Assembly: GCA_964252035.1 (NCBI GenBank)
Contig: OZ176202.1
Direction: 5' to 3' (one strand)
From: Podarcis erhardii
Taxonomy: Eukaryota
Length of the DNA: 64,000 nucleotides
Below are positions 1-11,591 of this stretch, in pieces. The position numbers were made by a program, and so were the translations under genes. Below the pieces are notes generated by a model. The model made no database searches and was not told the DNA's origin. It saw nothing but the letters and a program-made list of their open reading frames with translations. Numbering within the stretch: the first letter of the stretch is position 1; each line of letters begins with the position of its first letter.

Positions 1-190
1 TTCAGTTTACAGACTCCACTAACCCAGAAATAGTACCTCGGGTTAAGAACTTTGATTCAAGTTGAGAACAGAAATTTTGCGGCGGCAGCGGGAGGCCCCA
101 TTAGCTAAAGCGGTGCTTCAGGTTAAGAACAGTTTCAGGTTAAAAACGGACCTCCGGAACGAATTAAGTTCTTAACCCAAGGTACCACTG
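1..190. mobile_element. Tc1/mariner (pogo/Tigger-like) MITE, family 1, truncated by the window edge
   Basis: Ends gaattaagttcttaacccaaggtaccactg followed by TA. Confidence 0.88.
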
Positions 191-903
191 TATGGGACTT
201 TTTCCAAGTGATTTGTACTTCACAGGCATTGCTAAATGTCAACAGCAAGCACATGAGGCAGGGGCAGTACAGCTTTTGGAGAAGCTTCTTAGCTCCACCT
301 CCTTCTACCGCCTACTAAAATTGTGGAAGGTGACAGTCCAAAACCTGAAGCTCTTGTGTCAGAATCCCAGTTATGCAAGCGGCCCCCACCCCACAGACAC
401 AAAAGGCTCCCTGCTTCAGAGTGTCACCTTCCATGTGTTAGAAGGGCATGGAGCTAGTGCACTCATTTGCACTGCATTTGTTTGCGAATGTTGTTTGGTA
501 ACACCTGAAGAGAGCTGTAGCAGTTAGGGATTTCAGGTACTTAACTAATAATGTTGATAGTAATCAATGCTGGGGAAACCCTTGGATCATTAAAAGTTGA
601 TATTGACTCTTGGAAATCGGAAATATTATTTTCAATCCTGCTGTCAACATGTTTGGAAAACAAGCTTACAAGAGGAAGCAACATTTTTAATTCCTTGTTA
701 CCCGGAGTGAATTTACATGCAATTCTAACAACTACAGTGCTTAAATTTTGAAAGGTATACTGGGCCTCAAAATCAGCTAAAAGTTCTGCCCTGTTCCCTA
801 TCCCAAAATGACTGTGACTTTCAAGCCAGACTTTCAAGCCAGAAAGAAAAACAGCACTTTATTTGATCACAAATAACCAACCTTGGTTTTTCTTTTTCTT
901 TAC

Positions 904-1065
904 CTTTGCTAAATGTTCTTTACTTATCAGTGCTCCCTGGTCAATTGTGGGATCTGAGGGGTTTCCAACTTTCCACTTTTTGACAGCTTCCACAAACCTT
1001 CTCAAGAATTCATTGTAAATGTTTCTCTGAACAAAGATTCTGCTGGTGCAGAGACATATTTCACC
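904..1065 (-). CDS. ALDH8A1: ALDH8A1 coding exon 6 (not in the ORF track); final exon is outside the window
   Basis: actag|GGT...AAG|gtaaga; GEICLCTSRIFVQRNIYNEFLRRFVEAVKKWKVGNPSDPTIDQGALISKEHLAK with the catalytic Cys; 162 nt. Confidence 0.95.
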
Positions 1066-1266
1066 CTAGTAATAGGATGGAGAGGCAGGAGGGAAGAAAA
1101 AACATCGGTCAGGGATGAAAAATGTGATTTGTCTTAATCCAGATTCATTTATACTTGTCTTCTGCTTTCAATATAGATTGATTCTAGATACTAGCTGTTC
1201 ACAAAAGTAGGTGTGGTTACTTAGTGCCCCATTCCCCAGCACATGCTACCTGAGGCCCTGGAATTA

Positions 1267-1524
1267 CCGTATGTTTTGCTCTATAAGACTCACTTTTTCC
1301 CTCCTAAAAAGTAAGGGGAAATGTGTGTGCGTCTTATGGAGCAAATGCAGGCTGCACAGCTATCTCAGAAGCCAGAACAGCAAGAGGGATTGCTGCTTTC
1401 ACTGCACAGCGATCCCTCTTGCTGTTCTGGCTTCTGAAATTCAGATTTTTTTTTTCTGGTTTTCCTCCTCCAAAAACTAGGTGCATCTTGTGGTCTGCTG
1501 CGTCTTATAGAGCGAAAAATACAG
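1267..1524. mobile_element. TA-flanked pogo-like MITE family 4 with an internal hairpin
   Basis: TA-ccgtatgttttgctctataagac..gtcttatagagcgaaaaatacag-TA. Confidence 0.85.
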
Positions 1525-1728
1525 TACTCCATCAAGTGCAAATATCAGCATGTGGTTATATTGCTTGCCCCTAGTACCACATAGACATTAGCTATCTTAA
1601 CAGATGTGAGCTCCTAACTCCATGTTTGCCCAGATAACAGGGAGGAAGGTCACTTACAGGGACAATAATTAGGTATGAGAAGGGATATTTAACTCCTCTT
1701 GTAGCTACTGATTATCTCCTGTCAATCT

Positions 1729-1770
1729 ACACACACACACACAAACAAACAAACAAACAAACACACACAC
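1729..1770. repeat. Compound (AC)n(AAAC)n(AC)n microsatellite
   Basis: Read directly from the sequence. Confidence 0.9.
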
Positions 1771-3760
1771 ATTTTTTTCCCTACAATCAAATTCACTTCT
1801 AATTTCAGACCCAGATTGGGGGCAGGGGCAGTAATCTTTTGGAGGAATTTGCAGGGATGAATTGATGGGTGCTCTCTCCCACTCAGATTCTCTGCTGGAA
1901 AATCCCTCCCTGGGGTGTCCTGGTCCTCACCCTCTCTATTTCCCATTGCAAATATTATTCATCCCATCACCACCACACATGCCTGTTCCCAACAGCAGTG
2001 ATGTCCAGCTTATGTGTAAAAAGGCCGTCAGACATTTGACTGACAGCACTGAGTGAAGCAATATCAACTAACAGATGTTTCATGTTTGAATCAGCTGAGG
2101 ACAGCCTTTTGAAATAGATCTTTGGTGATCACTCGTGGCCAGCTAAGATAGTCTTCCATGAACACAGTCTTAACAATGAGTCTGTAAGTAACTGTGGAGG
2201 CCAATTCTGGATCCCCACGTCCTTCCACAGTGGGAATGCAGCCTATATGGTCACAGCACTGGATGGGGCGAATGAGATGATGAGGGTTGCAGCTTCCCAA
2301 ACAGTAACTGGATGTTTAAAAGTGTTAACCGTTTCTGCGTGGAAATTTGGAGCAAATTACCCACACCAGCCTGTCATCTGATTGATGTCACACTGTGCTT
2401 CCTGCATAATTACTGAACAGCGACGCCACTGAAGTTTGCAATTAGTCAACTTGGAAAACAGATCTGATCAATTTGTGATGCTCAATTAACAAATGCCATC
2501 CCTCTGGATCTTAATGACTAACAAGCTTCTGCACCTGGACAGCCAACATTCAGCAGACAAGGGAGCTAAAGCAAGCAGTGCATGTGAGGAGATCACTGCA
2601 AATTCCTTACCATTTACTGAAGATTTTGTTAAAACTCTGGTGGGCTGTGTGAAATCAACACATAATTTGTGCTGCATGTGGGGGGGGGCATTTATCTATC
2701 ATATTCTACAACCCGGCTTTTTAAATGTGTGTGTGTGTGTGTGTATGCAGATCTACGGCATAACAACAATTAATCAAAACCTCTAGCAACAATTGCAATA
2801 ATATTTACCTTGGCAAGTTTCTAAATGTGGAATTTAAGAACTGGGTTCCACTTGCACTGCAATGGCATATAGGCTCTACAGAACTGTGTGTGCAGCCAAG
2901 GGACCTTAGTTGCACCTCCTCCAAGCATCCCATTCAACAGCAAATTGACTACCCAACCAAATAATCAAATCAACCAAGCAATTCTTCCTTGGTGACCATA
3001 TATTCTCTACTGAGGCATCTCAAGCCTTTTTATTGTAGCTGAATGAATTTTTCATTGCCACCCACTGCTAATTCTACCAAGTACTCTCTTACATGTAAAT
3101 ATGATACCAAGTGGTACTATAGCACTACACATGAGGGGTTATTTGGGGGGGGGTGTAGGTGGCAATTAATGCACATTTCATTGCCATCTATCATACCCAA
3201 GCATTCTTCTACCGTAGGGGGATTTCTCCAAGTGGCCTCCTGCCACTGGACTATCAGGGTGTGGGCGTCTTCTTGCTGTGGTCGATATGTTCCTCAGATT
3301 CTCAAGTATCTCAGATGCATTTGCTTGGTCTGGCAACTAGACAACAGTTCCCAATGTGCAAGTGGAATTATACGCATGGCACCAGATAATACCAACACTC
3401 ACGGGGTGTCAGAATCACCATCTGTGCACTTGCATCAACACATCTACGGACTAGGAGGGGATTCTCAAACAGAACTCAAATTTTCTCTGAACATGCTCTG
3501 AGGAAGCTGAAAAAGCACCAGCCAATAATAAATCAAGAGGATTAACATTTGCTTATTCATTCCTATCACTTGATACTTATGTCTCGATGTCCACTCAATT
3601 TGTCCCTTGTGGGATAGCCTTGTAGAAATCAGTTCCCGCATTCAAAATGACCCCCTCAGGATAAAATTCTGTTAGGGAGGGCATGCACATTTTTGGAGTT
3701 TCAAAAGCAAAGCAATGAACTTAGTATAAAAAGAGACAGGGAGTTGCCCATTTTCCATAC

Positions 3761-4017
3761 CTGATTTGCAAAGCTGGATCTTACAGTAGTAGGAACACAT
3801 TCATCTAAGTTGGCATCCTCAAAGATGATAGCTGGATTTTTTCCTCCAAGCTCCAGAGAGAGCTTCTTACAATACGGAGCACTCCTTTCAATGATGCGCT
3901 GGCCAGTGAGAGTGCTTCCCGTGAAGGAAATCAATGACACCTTGGGATGGGAAACTAGAGCATCTCCAGCTTTTGGACCAGTCCCAAATATGATGTTCAC
4001 CACACCTGGAGGAATAC
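3761..4017 (-). CDS. ALDH8A1: ALDH8A1 coding exon 5
   Basis: tgcaag|GT...CAG|gtatgg; contains SFTGS (NAD binding) and LELGGKN (catalytic Glu); 257 nt. Confidence 0.96.
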
Positions 4018-4156
4018 CTTGCAGGTAGAAATAAAGAAAACATCAACACTCCTTCTCTTTGTAAACTTGGTAGCATGCTGCTTTAAAGACTACCCTGCAT
4101 CCTATAGCAATATATACACTTTGGGATGCAAATGTGTCAACTGTTTTATTACTATA

Positions 4157-4385
4157 CAGTGGTACCTCGGGTTAAGAACTTAATTCGTTCTGGGGGTCTG
4201 TTTTTAACCTGAAACTGTTCTTAACCTGACGTACCACTTTAACAAATGGGGCCTCCCGCTGCCGCCGTGCCACCAGAGCACAATTTCTGTTTTCATCCTG
4301 AAGCAAAGTTCTTATTTCTGGGTTAGCAGAGTCTGTAACCTGAAGTGTCTGTAAACTGAAGCATCTGTAATGCGAGGTACCACTG
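4157..4385. mobile_element. MITE family 1, inverted relative to the copy at 1-190
   Basis: TA-cagtggtacctcg..cgaggtaccactg-TA. Confidence 0.9.
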
Positions 4386-4456
4386 TATTGACACTTTACA
4401 GATTGATTTACAGAAAATGTGACACCCCTATACTAATACATCATTTGGGGAAATAC

Positions 4457-4606
4457 CTGCTTTATTGAGAAGCTTGCACATCATCCAAGCAGTGGCAGAT
4501 GTCATCTCACTGGGTTTGGCAATGACAGTGTTTCCACACACAATAGCCGGCGCAATTTTCCAGGTCAGCAAGTAAAGTGGCAAATTCCAAGGACTAATTA
4601 AGCCAG
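4457..4606 (-). CDS. ALDH8A1: ALDH8A1 coding exon 4
   Basis: ataaag|CT...GCAG|gtattt; AGLISPWNLPLYLLTWKIAPAIVCGNTVIAKPSEMTSATAWMMCKLLNKAG (ALDH PWN motif); 150 nt. Confidence 0.95.
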
Positions 4607-4883
4607 CTTTATTTTTATTGTTATTTTTTAAGGAGAGAAATGAAATAAATTGGTTTAAAATGGGAGTCTTGACATTTCGACAAAAGTTGAGATTTCCCCA
4701 ATACCCAGCATGGCAACACTGCATATGCTTCAACTGTTTTTCCTTCTACTCTACCCTCAATGACCCATTCTGCCTGCTAACCTACAGAGGAAATATTCAT
4801 CACCCGAGGGCCATATTTCCTTCTGTGCAACTATCCAGAGGACACAAGCCTGTTGTGGGTGGGGCCAGAAGGAAAAGTGTGTT

Positions 4884-5030
4884 TAGAATCATAGAATTGT
4901 AGAGATGAAATGGACCACGAGGGTCATCTAGTTCAGTCCCCTGCAATGCAGGAATATTTTGCCCAAGGTGGGGCTAAAACCCATGACCCTGAAATTAAGA
5001 GTCCCATGCTCGACCGACTGAGCCATCCTA
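4884..5030 (-). mobile_element. tRNA-Lys-derived SINE with a CR1 tail
   Basis: Minus strand ggatggctcagtcggtcgagcatgggactcttaatttcagggtcatgggtt..ccttgggc resembles tRNA-Lys(CTT), followed by a CR1 3' end (attctatgattcta). Confidence 0.8.
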
Positions 5031-5269
5031 CCTTGGCAAAGCAGTGTGACTCTTGCCTTCATGCAGTAGGCTACACCCCTCTCTGTCCTCCATCCAAGAT
5101 AAGCAAGAAGCATTATGAATTCCAAGACCAGACCATTTTAGCAACAAGAGAGAGGCGGTATATGCTGCCAGTTAAAATTTGACCCATACACTCACACTAA
5201 ACAAGCTTTATAGGGCAGTCCAGATTTGAAGATAGAGAGGCAGACTTTTTCTGTGGAAGGAATTGATTG

Positions 5270-5381
5270 AATGTGGGATATATATATATATATATATATG
5301 AATGACTGGCTAAGGATATATATATGTGGGATATATATATATATAGAATGTGGGATATATATATATGAATGACTGGCTAAG
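5270..5381. repeat. (AT)n microsatellite with duplicated flanks
   Basis: gaatgtggga(ta)n tgaatgactggctaag occurs twice. Confidence 0.85.
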
Positions 5382-6296
5382 AGGCTCAGATGAAGAATTT
5401 TTGTTATTTCCTGTTTTACAACTTAAGTATCAATTACTGACTAGTGCAGAGTAGCAATAGCTGTGATTGAAACATTTGCCGGTGTCTATTTATGGCATAC
5501 TGGCTTTGTGTGCTTCGGCACCTCCTAAACTGTTGGAGGGAATCACTGGGTCCTTACAGAAAGCTAAAACCTTTCATTGTTGCTTGCAAATGCTTAATTA
5601 CACAGAATGTTTCCTTAGATTTGAAATTGAGATTGATCCAGCAAAAGTTAATATTTTGAGTATACTGGAGTCCACAAGGCTTGCATAGGAAGGAGCTGTC
5701 CAATACACCAGGATGTTGAGGTATAATGCTGAGAACACCTTGTTGAGGCATAGTAGTAGTAGGAGTAGCAATAATAACATTTTAAAATTCTGAAGTAAAA
5801 TTGTGACACCTAGTGGCATATCTGTGGAATTCCATAAACAGAAAGCACATTTTACAAAACAGTAGAATTAAAGTAGATTACGTTTTATCAGAATGTGGGA
5901 TTAAAAGCTTGTATTTAAATTGTGAAATTTATCTGCTCTTTTCATTTACAAAACCTTCATACCCTTACTCCATTGAAGGTTATGGGATGTTGTGTTTTGT
6001 TGTAAAATCTATGGTGTGCAAAACTGTAAAAACAAAGAAACAAGGGGTGGAAATTGTAGACATATTCTGGGGCATGGCTTGATGTGGATTGGAATGTGAT
6101 TTATATCGTTAAGTTATCTGAAATACTTTATTCAGACCATTGAGCTATGGCCCTTCCTCGTGTTGTCCTCATTAACCTTTGAGGTGGTAAATTCTGGAGG
6201 GGGCTCAGGCTGCAATAGATCCTAACAAAGGTGTCAGGGTCACAGCTGAGCACTGCTGGGTCGTGTGCAAACAGCACACTCCATAATAGGCCTTAC

Positions 6297-6452
6297 CAAT
6301 TCCCACAGGTGTTCTCTCAGTATAATGCATACAGCCAACATGGTCCATTTCTGTACATTCTGCTGTCTGGTGAAGGATGGCCGACGAAAAGAAACGGAAA
6401 TTGTATACAGATCGGGGGATGTCCACCATTCTAGCAAATGTAATGGTTTTCC
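6297..6452 (-). CDS. ALDH8A1: ALDH8A1 coding exon 3
   Basis: tttcag|GG...ATTG|gtaagg; GKTITFARMVDIPRSVYNFRFFSSAILHQTAECTEMDHVGCMHYTERTPVGI; 156 nt. Confidence 0.96.
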
Positions 6453-6745
6453 CTGAAACAGAGAACCAGTTGACAAATACCACGACTCTTTGGTTATTTA
6501 AGCAAGGAATTAATTGCCCAGCTTTCATAGCTAGTGCCCCTACCCCACTGCAACCACTACAACTTGCATGCAGTTTACAGAAATGTGCAGGGAAACATGC
6601 ACTTGTACTTGATGAGGCATGCAAGTATTACGTGTTGATTATGCAAAATGAAGAGCAAGTAGGAAGGTGAAAACTCAAAGAGAACACCATTTCCTTCACC
6701 CTATTACCACTTGGAAGAACAGCCCAAACAGGCGTCTGTCTTTAC

Positions 6746-6893
6746 CTTGATCCTTTGATTCTGCTTGAGCAAATGACTCCAGATCTTCTTCAATAAGGTC
6801 TGCCAACTTGCTCATTATTTTTGACCTTTCCTGGGGGCTTTTGGCCGACCAGCCTGGGAAAGCATTTTGGGCAGCAATGACAGCCGCCTCCAC
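6746..6893 (-). CDS. ALDH8A1: ALDH8A1 coding exon 2
   Basis: tttaag|GTG...CAAG|gtaaag; VEAAVIAAQNAFPGWSAKSPQERSKIMSKLADLIEEDLESFAQAESKDQG; 148 nt. Confidence 0.96.
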
Positions 6894-6980
6894 CTTAAAA
6901 AGACAATGAATGGATGCAGTTTGGGTGGTGTTCAGCAAAACCAAAACGCACAGTGTATGTTAACAGAAATTATGGGGAAA

Positions 6981-7165
6981 GGGGGGGAACGGCCATCGCT
7001 TCGTGGCAAAGCTCCTGTTTTGCATGTAGAAGGTCCCAAGTTCACTCCTTGGCATCTCCAGGTAGGGCTGGGAGGGACTCCAATCTGGAACCCAGACAGT
7101 CAGTATAGACAATATTGAGCTAGGAAGATCAATAATTTGACTCTGTATAAAGCAGCTTCCTATGT
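6981..7165 (+). mobile_element. Squamate tRNA-derived SINE (Squam2-like)
   Basis: Degenerate tRNA head (tgttttgcatgtagaaggtcccaagttca), ggcatctccaggtagggctggg body, gcagcttcctatg tail. Confidence 0.65.
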
Positions 7166-7280
7166 ATTTATTGTATCACCCTTTCCATGACTCAGTTCAA
7201 GCCAGGGCACCATTCAAAGTAGAAAACCATAGCAGAAATACATGGGGGGAATGAATAAGTATTAAAAATAGGCTCTAGAG

Positions 7281-7418
7281 CAGGGGTGTGGATTGAGTGG
7301 CCCTTCAGATGTTGTTGGGTTTCGACTTCTATCAGTCCCAACTAGCATGGCCAATGTCCATGGACGATGAGAGTTGGAGTCCAACAACATCAGGAGGACC
7401 GCAGATATTGCACCCCTA
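7281..7418. mobile_element. hAT-type MITE
   Basis: caggggtg..caccccta termini; 8-bp TSD ctct(a/g)gag; internal palindrome cagatgttgttgg..ccaacaacatc. Confidence 0.8.
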
Positions 7419-7704
7419 CTCTGGAGCATATATAAATTGCTTCTTAGCTACCTAGATCAACCACAGCCACCAGCCATGTATGAGAGTAGTGTTCAGAATC
7501 AGCAGTTATCACAACTGTTCAGTGAAGCTTTTAGTGTGTGATGCTGTATTGTGCTCTATGTTTGATGAGAGCCACACAGAGTGGCTGGGGCAACCCAGTC
7601 AGATGGGCACCACTACTACTACTATTAGACTTATCTTCTGGGCAGCTGTGAGACAGGCACCTCTTCTTTAGAAGCAGAAGTTAAGCTACTGCCAAGACTA
7701 TCGC

Positions 7705-8365
7705 TTGACTTGCCCAACGTTAGATCTACAAATGTTGTTGGGTCTATAACTTACACCATCCTCAGACAGTGGCCATGCTGGCTGGGAATGATGGGACTTG
7801 TAAACTGGGGACCCAAAGTTGGAGAAGGCTGTGTTAGCCCTGTCTAGGAACAATACTCTTCCGTCTGTATGTCATCTTCCAATTTATTACATTAGGTGGC
7901 ACTGTTGAGCTTTCGTTTTAAGGGTAATAGCAAGAAACCAGCCGTTTCTCCAGTTCGCAAATGTGCCTATGGGCCCCAAAAGATTAGCAACTCCTTTGCT
8001 AAGCAGCAGCCAGGAACAACAGAGACCCATCTGGTCTCAATGGATATGAGGAGCACTGAGCATCCACTGAGCACTCAATGGATATGAGGACCCAGTGGAG
8101 TGGATGGAAAACACAAGCACTGAAAAAGCAGCCGGCTGGTCTGAAGAGTCATCTAAAAGTCAAGTTTACACATTTGCCAAAAGCTGTTGTCAAATTCTCA
8201 CCAACCCTGTCATGATGTTTGGGTGAGGAAATGTTATCTTCCAGATGTTGTTGAACACCAGTTACCATGAAGTCTCAGTCCAGTCTGGCCAATGGTTACG
8301 CGTTCATAGGAGTTGGAGTCTATCATCATCTGGGGAACCACAGGACCCCCACCCTTGGTTTAGGA
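7705..8365. mobile_element. Two further degenerate copies of the same hAT MITE (about 7705-7830 and 8205-8365)
   Basis: Shared cagatgttgttg..tggccatgctggctggg..gatgggagttggagtc motifs; another copy near 37125-37250. Confidence 0.5.
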
Positions 8366-9399
8366 CCAGTCATCACACAGACAGAAGCCAGCAGGTTGTG
8401 CATTTTCCCAGTCTCATCAGTCGCTGGCAGGGAAATGCAGAAAGTGAGGGCCCCGATCCGCATGAGGAATGTTCTTAGATGTTACAGCAAGGATTACGAG
8501 AGTGTTCCACAGCAGTTACCAAGCCTTGAAATAAAAATGGAGCCCACTGCAAGTCCCCCCCCCCCACCTAAGGAGTACACAAACACCTCCATCTCTATCT
8601 CCATCTATGTAAGTGCACATACAAATGGAGGACACAGCCTTGGGGAAGGCTGGACCACAGGTCAATGCAAGTGGCTACTTGAAGTTCTTCTCTAAACATA
8701 CTTGATCAAATAGAAGATCACCCCTTCTGTTTACATACAGAAGCAAACTAGGAAAGCACAAAGCTTCAGGGAGCCAGTTTAAACTTTAGCAAACCCAGCT
8801 AGTTACACTTCAACCATTACTTATCAGTGCGTAGCAAATATTTGATAGACTGGCCATGCTGAAGGTTGAGGTGAAACTGCAAAAACTTATATGTGGGTTT
8901 GTTTTTTGCAACTTTAGTCATTACAAATAGGTATTATGATTTAACTCAGTTCTTTTCAAAGCCTTAAGGAATAATGCATTAGGTGTAAGAGGCCTTGAAC
9001 ACAGTCATGTAACAAGCAATTCATTGCCTTCTCAGTTCACCTTGTCATTGGATACACTTCCATCTTACCAGTTTGAGAAACAGCTCATCGAGAGAAAGAA
9101 AAAGAAACTTCAAGGGAAAGTACATTAAACTTGGGTAGGAACATTGAGGGGCTTCAACTAATGGAAAGGAGTTTTGATTCAAAGATTTTAAAGCTTCAAA
9201 CCAATACCATTAACCAATGCCACAAAGACATTCTCTGCAAATATTTAGCAGTATAATACAAAACATAAGGCAATTTCACTATTAGTTTTATACTGGGGAA
9301 AAGTGAAACAAATAAAATCAGCTGCAAAACATTTTTGTTAATTGTCCAGGCAATTACCCTGATATCATGACAAGGAGTTGAATCTATGCAGGAACTCAC

Positions 9400-9537
9400 C
9401 TCCTCTCTGCCACTGTCTGGCACCTTGCAATAAACTTCTCCTGTAGACGGGTCATAGGAATCTAAATATGAGGAGCAAGGAATAAATTGGCCTCCTATAT
9501 AGTTCTCCAAAACCAAGTGAGTCTTTGAGCCGGCCAT
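9400..9537 (-). CDS. ALDH8A1: ALDH8A1 coding exon 1 (2-aminomuconic semialdehyde dehydrogenase)
   Basis: ATG at 9537; MAGSKTHLVLENYIGGQFIPCSSYLDSYDPSTGEVYCKVPDSGREE matches the ALDH8A1 N-terminus; donor GAG|gtgagt; 138 nt. Confidence 0.96.
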
Positions 9538-9559
9538 TGTGACTCCGTTGGCATGATCT

Positions 9560-9680
9560 GAGTACTTTCAGTGAGCTTTCAGTTCATAGTGCACTTCTAT
9601 CGATTTATGCTTGCAAGCCAGAGCTCCTCCCTCCCTCCCTTTAACTTTGTTAACTGGCTCTCCAAATGGGAAATTTCCAT
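9560..9680 (-). promoter_or_regulatory. Probable ALDH8A1 core promoter
   Basis: TATA-like CATAAAT at 9609-9603, about 66 nt upstream of the ATG; inferred from position only. Confidence 0.3.
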
Positions 9681-10580
9681 CTCTCTTCAGAGAATGCTAG
9701 ATACCATGGATATATGCTGATGAAAATGCCCAATTCACTTGTTTGTTTTCCAGATTATAATGCCCACACAGGATGATTTTACCATGTACATGTGGTGGTG
9801 AGTGTGCGAAACTGGTATTGGTACAACTTTGCATAAAATAGCCAAGATATGAAAAAAATCCAAATGCCTCTCTACACAAAATGCATGATTGATTCAGTGC
9901 AAAGACTTGAAATGTGAACATTACTTGATGCGAGAGGAGGAAACAGGCATGGAATGTATAGGCTGATAATTATTATATGTAACAATTTACTGTAGCAGGC
10001 CTTCGGCTGGGTATATATTAAGCACGCACAACTTTCCCTTTAAATTTATTAATTCATCTTCAGCTTCATGGGCTTAAGGCTAGTTCCAAAAATATTTAGA
10101 TTACTGTAAGTGGTTTTTCACTTACCTCTAGAAGCAGATATATTAGCCGTTGCTCAGTTAAAATTGTGCAGATGTATTGCATTTTAAGTTATCTGCACAG
10201 TAAGAATCCAAAATAGACTAAAAAACAACACCTGTAATGCAATCCAGCATGCTATGACCTCCAAATAAGAAAGACTAGGAATTATGTGCATTGAATGCAC
10301 ATAGAAATTATCCAATCGATCTTTCAGTGGCCCTGAAACCATCTCCCTCCCCCTTGACTTGCATGATAAGCTATCAGGTTCTTCTTTAGGAAACTGCAAG
10401 TTTTCCTCTAAAAGTTCAGTAAAATGTCAAAGGATGAAGTGATTCCATTGTCTCCATACCACTCCCTCTTCGAGAAATCATCTGGGCGGAAGATGGAATA
10501 GTTTATGTAGCACACTTACATAGCGCATCAGAACTGGACTTTATATAGCTTCATGAAACTTGAAGTATGATACATTACAC

Positions 10581-10764
10581 CAGAGTTTTCCAAACTTTTC
10601 ATGTTGGTGACACACTTTCTAGACATGCATAATTTTGTGACACAGTAATTCAGCTTTACTAGCAAACTAGAGGTGAAATTAACCCCTTTCCAGCCCTGGA
10701 AGGAGCACCTACACACTGCAGCTGACACACTAATGTGTCACAACACACAGTTTGGAAGGCTCCC
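10581..10764. mobile_element. hAT-like MITE
   Basis: Terminal inverted repeats cagagttttccaaac / gtttggaaggctccc with tgacacac subterminal repeats; TSD eroded. Confidence 0.55.
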
Positions 10765-10974
10765 TACCAGTGCTTTGGCCTTTTAAAAAATCCTATGAAG
10801 ATTATTTTTATTTAACTAGATTTGCTGGTGCATGACATGGGGAGCGAAAAAAGGGAGCCAGGAGGAAATGCATGTAAAAATGTACACACTGAGCAGCTCT
10901 TCAGATGTTACTCCAACATGAAGAGTGAGATTGATTTAATGTAATGGTGATCCTCAGGGCTGCATCCCACCAAC

Positions 10975-11150
10975 TTATCCCATTTGCACAAGGACTTCCA
11001 GCTTCAGAACAAAACATTCTCCACCTTTCATTCTGCTGCATTCCCCCGCTCCTCAATCTGTTCTGCGGTTCCCTCAAACCTCCAGAGCAGATGTGGGTGT
11101 GCACAAGGGAGATATGGGGAGGAGAAGTTCTGTTGTGCAATCAGTTCCAG
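10975..11150. repeat. Unclassified palindromic interspersed repeat (related copies near 17480-17625 and 61740-61870)
   Basis: Shared caaatct(g/a)ctct.. / ..gaagttc(t/c)gttg(c/t)gca layout. Confidence 0.4.
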
Positions 11151-11529
11151 AGCCACTGCCGATCGGATGAGGCAAAGTACAGGGGCAGAATTCCCATCCC
11201 CAAATACAGTGATGACCACTATCTACAACAACAAAAGATAGACTGATCATCTTCATTTTAGAAGCACTGGCATTGTAGCTCATTTAGACCATGTAATTGA
11301 TAGGTGAAGAGAAAATCAATACACTTGACCTGTCTTTAAAAGATGGCACATGTAAAGGTAAGATTCCAGGAGTTTCTGTAGACTTCTTGGGTGTTCTGAG
11401 ATGTACAGAGTGCTTATACACCTTCAGACTTAGGTGTTATCTGCTGGTCTGCACCTATGTCTTCACATCATTTGACAAGGGGTCTTATTTACTGCCCCTC
11501 ATAACCAACTGTACCCCTTGTGCCAAGAT

Positions 11530-11591
11530 TTTATTTATACAAGACAACATGAACAGAAACAAATATTATGCTCAGGCCAAGCTACTTTATT
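11530..11591 (-). terminator. Probable polyadenylation signals of long HBS1L
   Basis: AATAAA at 11591-11586 followed by a U/GU-rich tract (tttgtttctgttcatgttgtcttgt); second AATAAA at 11535-11530. Confidence 0.6.

Noticed and set aside
192-837. Search for the last ALDH8A1 exon (EIFGPV, PFGGMK motifs)
   Set aside because: Not found; the ORFs here are unrelated, so the exon must lie left of position 1
3043-3501. 152-aa plus-strand ORF in ALDH8A1 intron 5
   Set aside because: No recognisable homology or splice structure; consistent with chance or a decayed repeat
4960-5030. tRNA-Lys(CTT)-like sequence as a tRNA gene
   Set aside because: Mutated B box and arms, fused to a CR1 tail: a SINE head, not a tRNA gene
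8385-8430. CUGAUGA...GAAA hammerhead-like words (also near 16851-16885 and 62817-62850)
   Set aside because: No valid stem II, NUH triplet or stem I register, or a broken core
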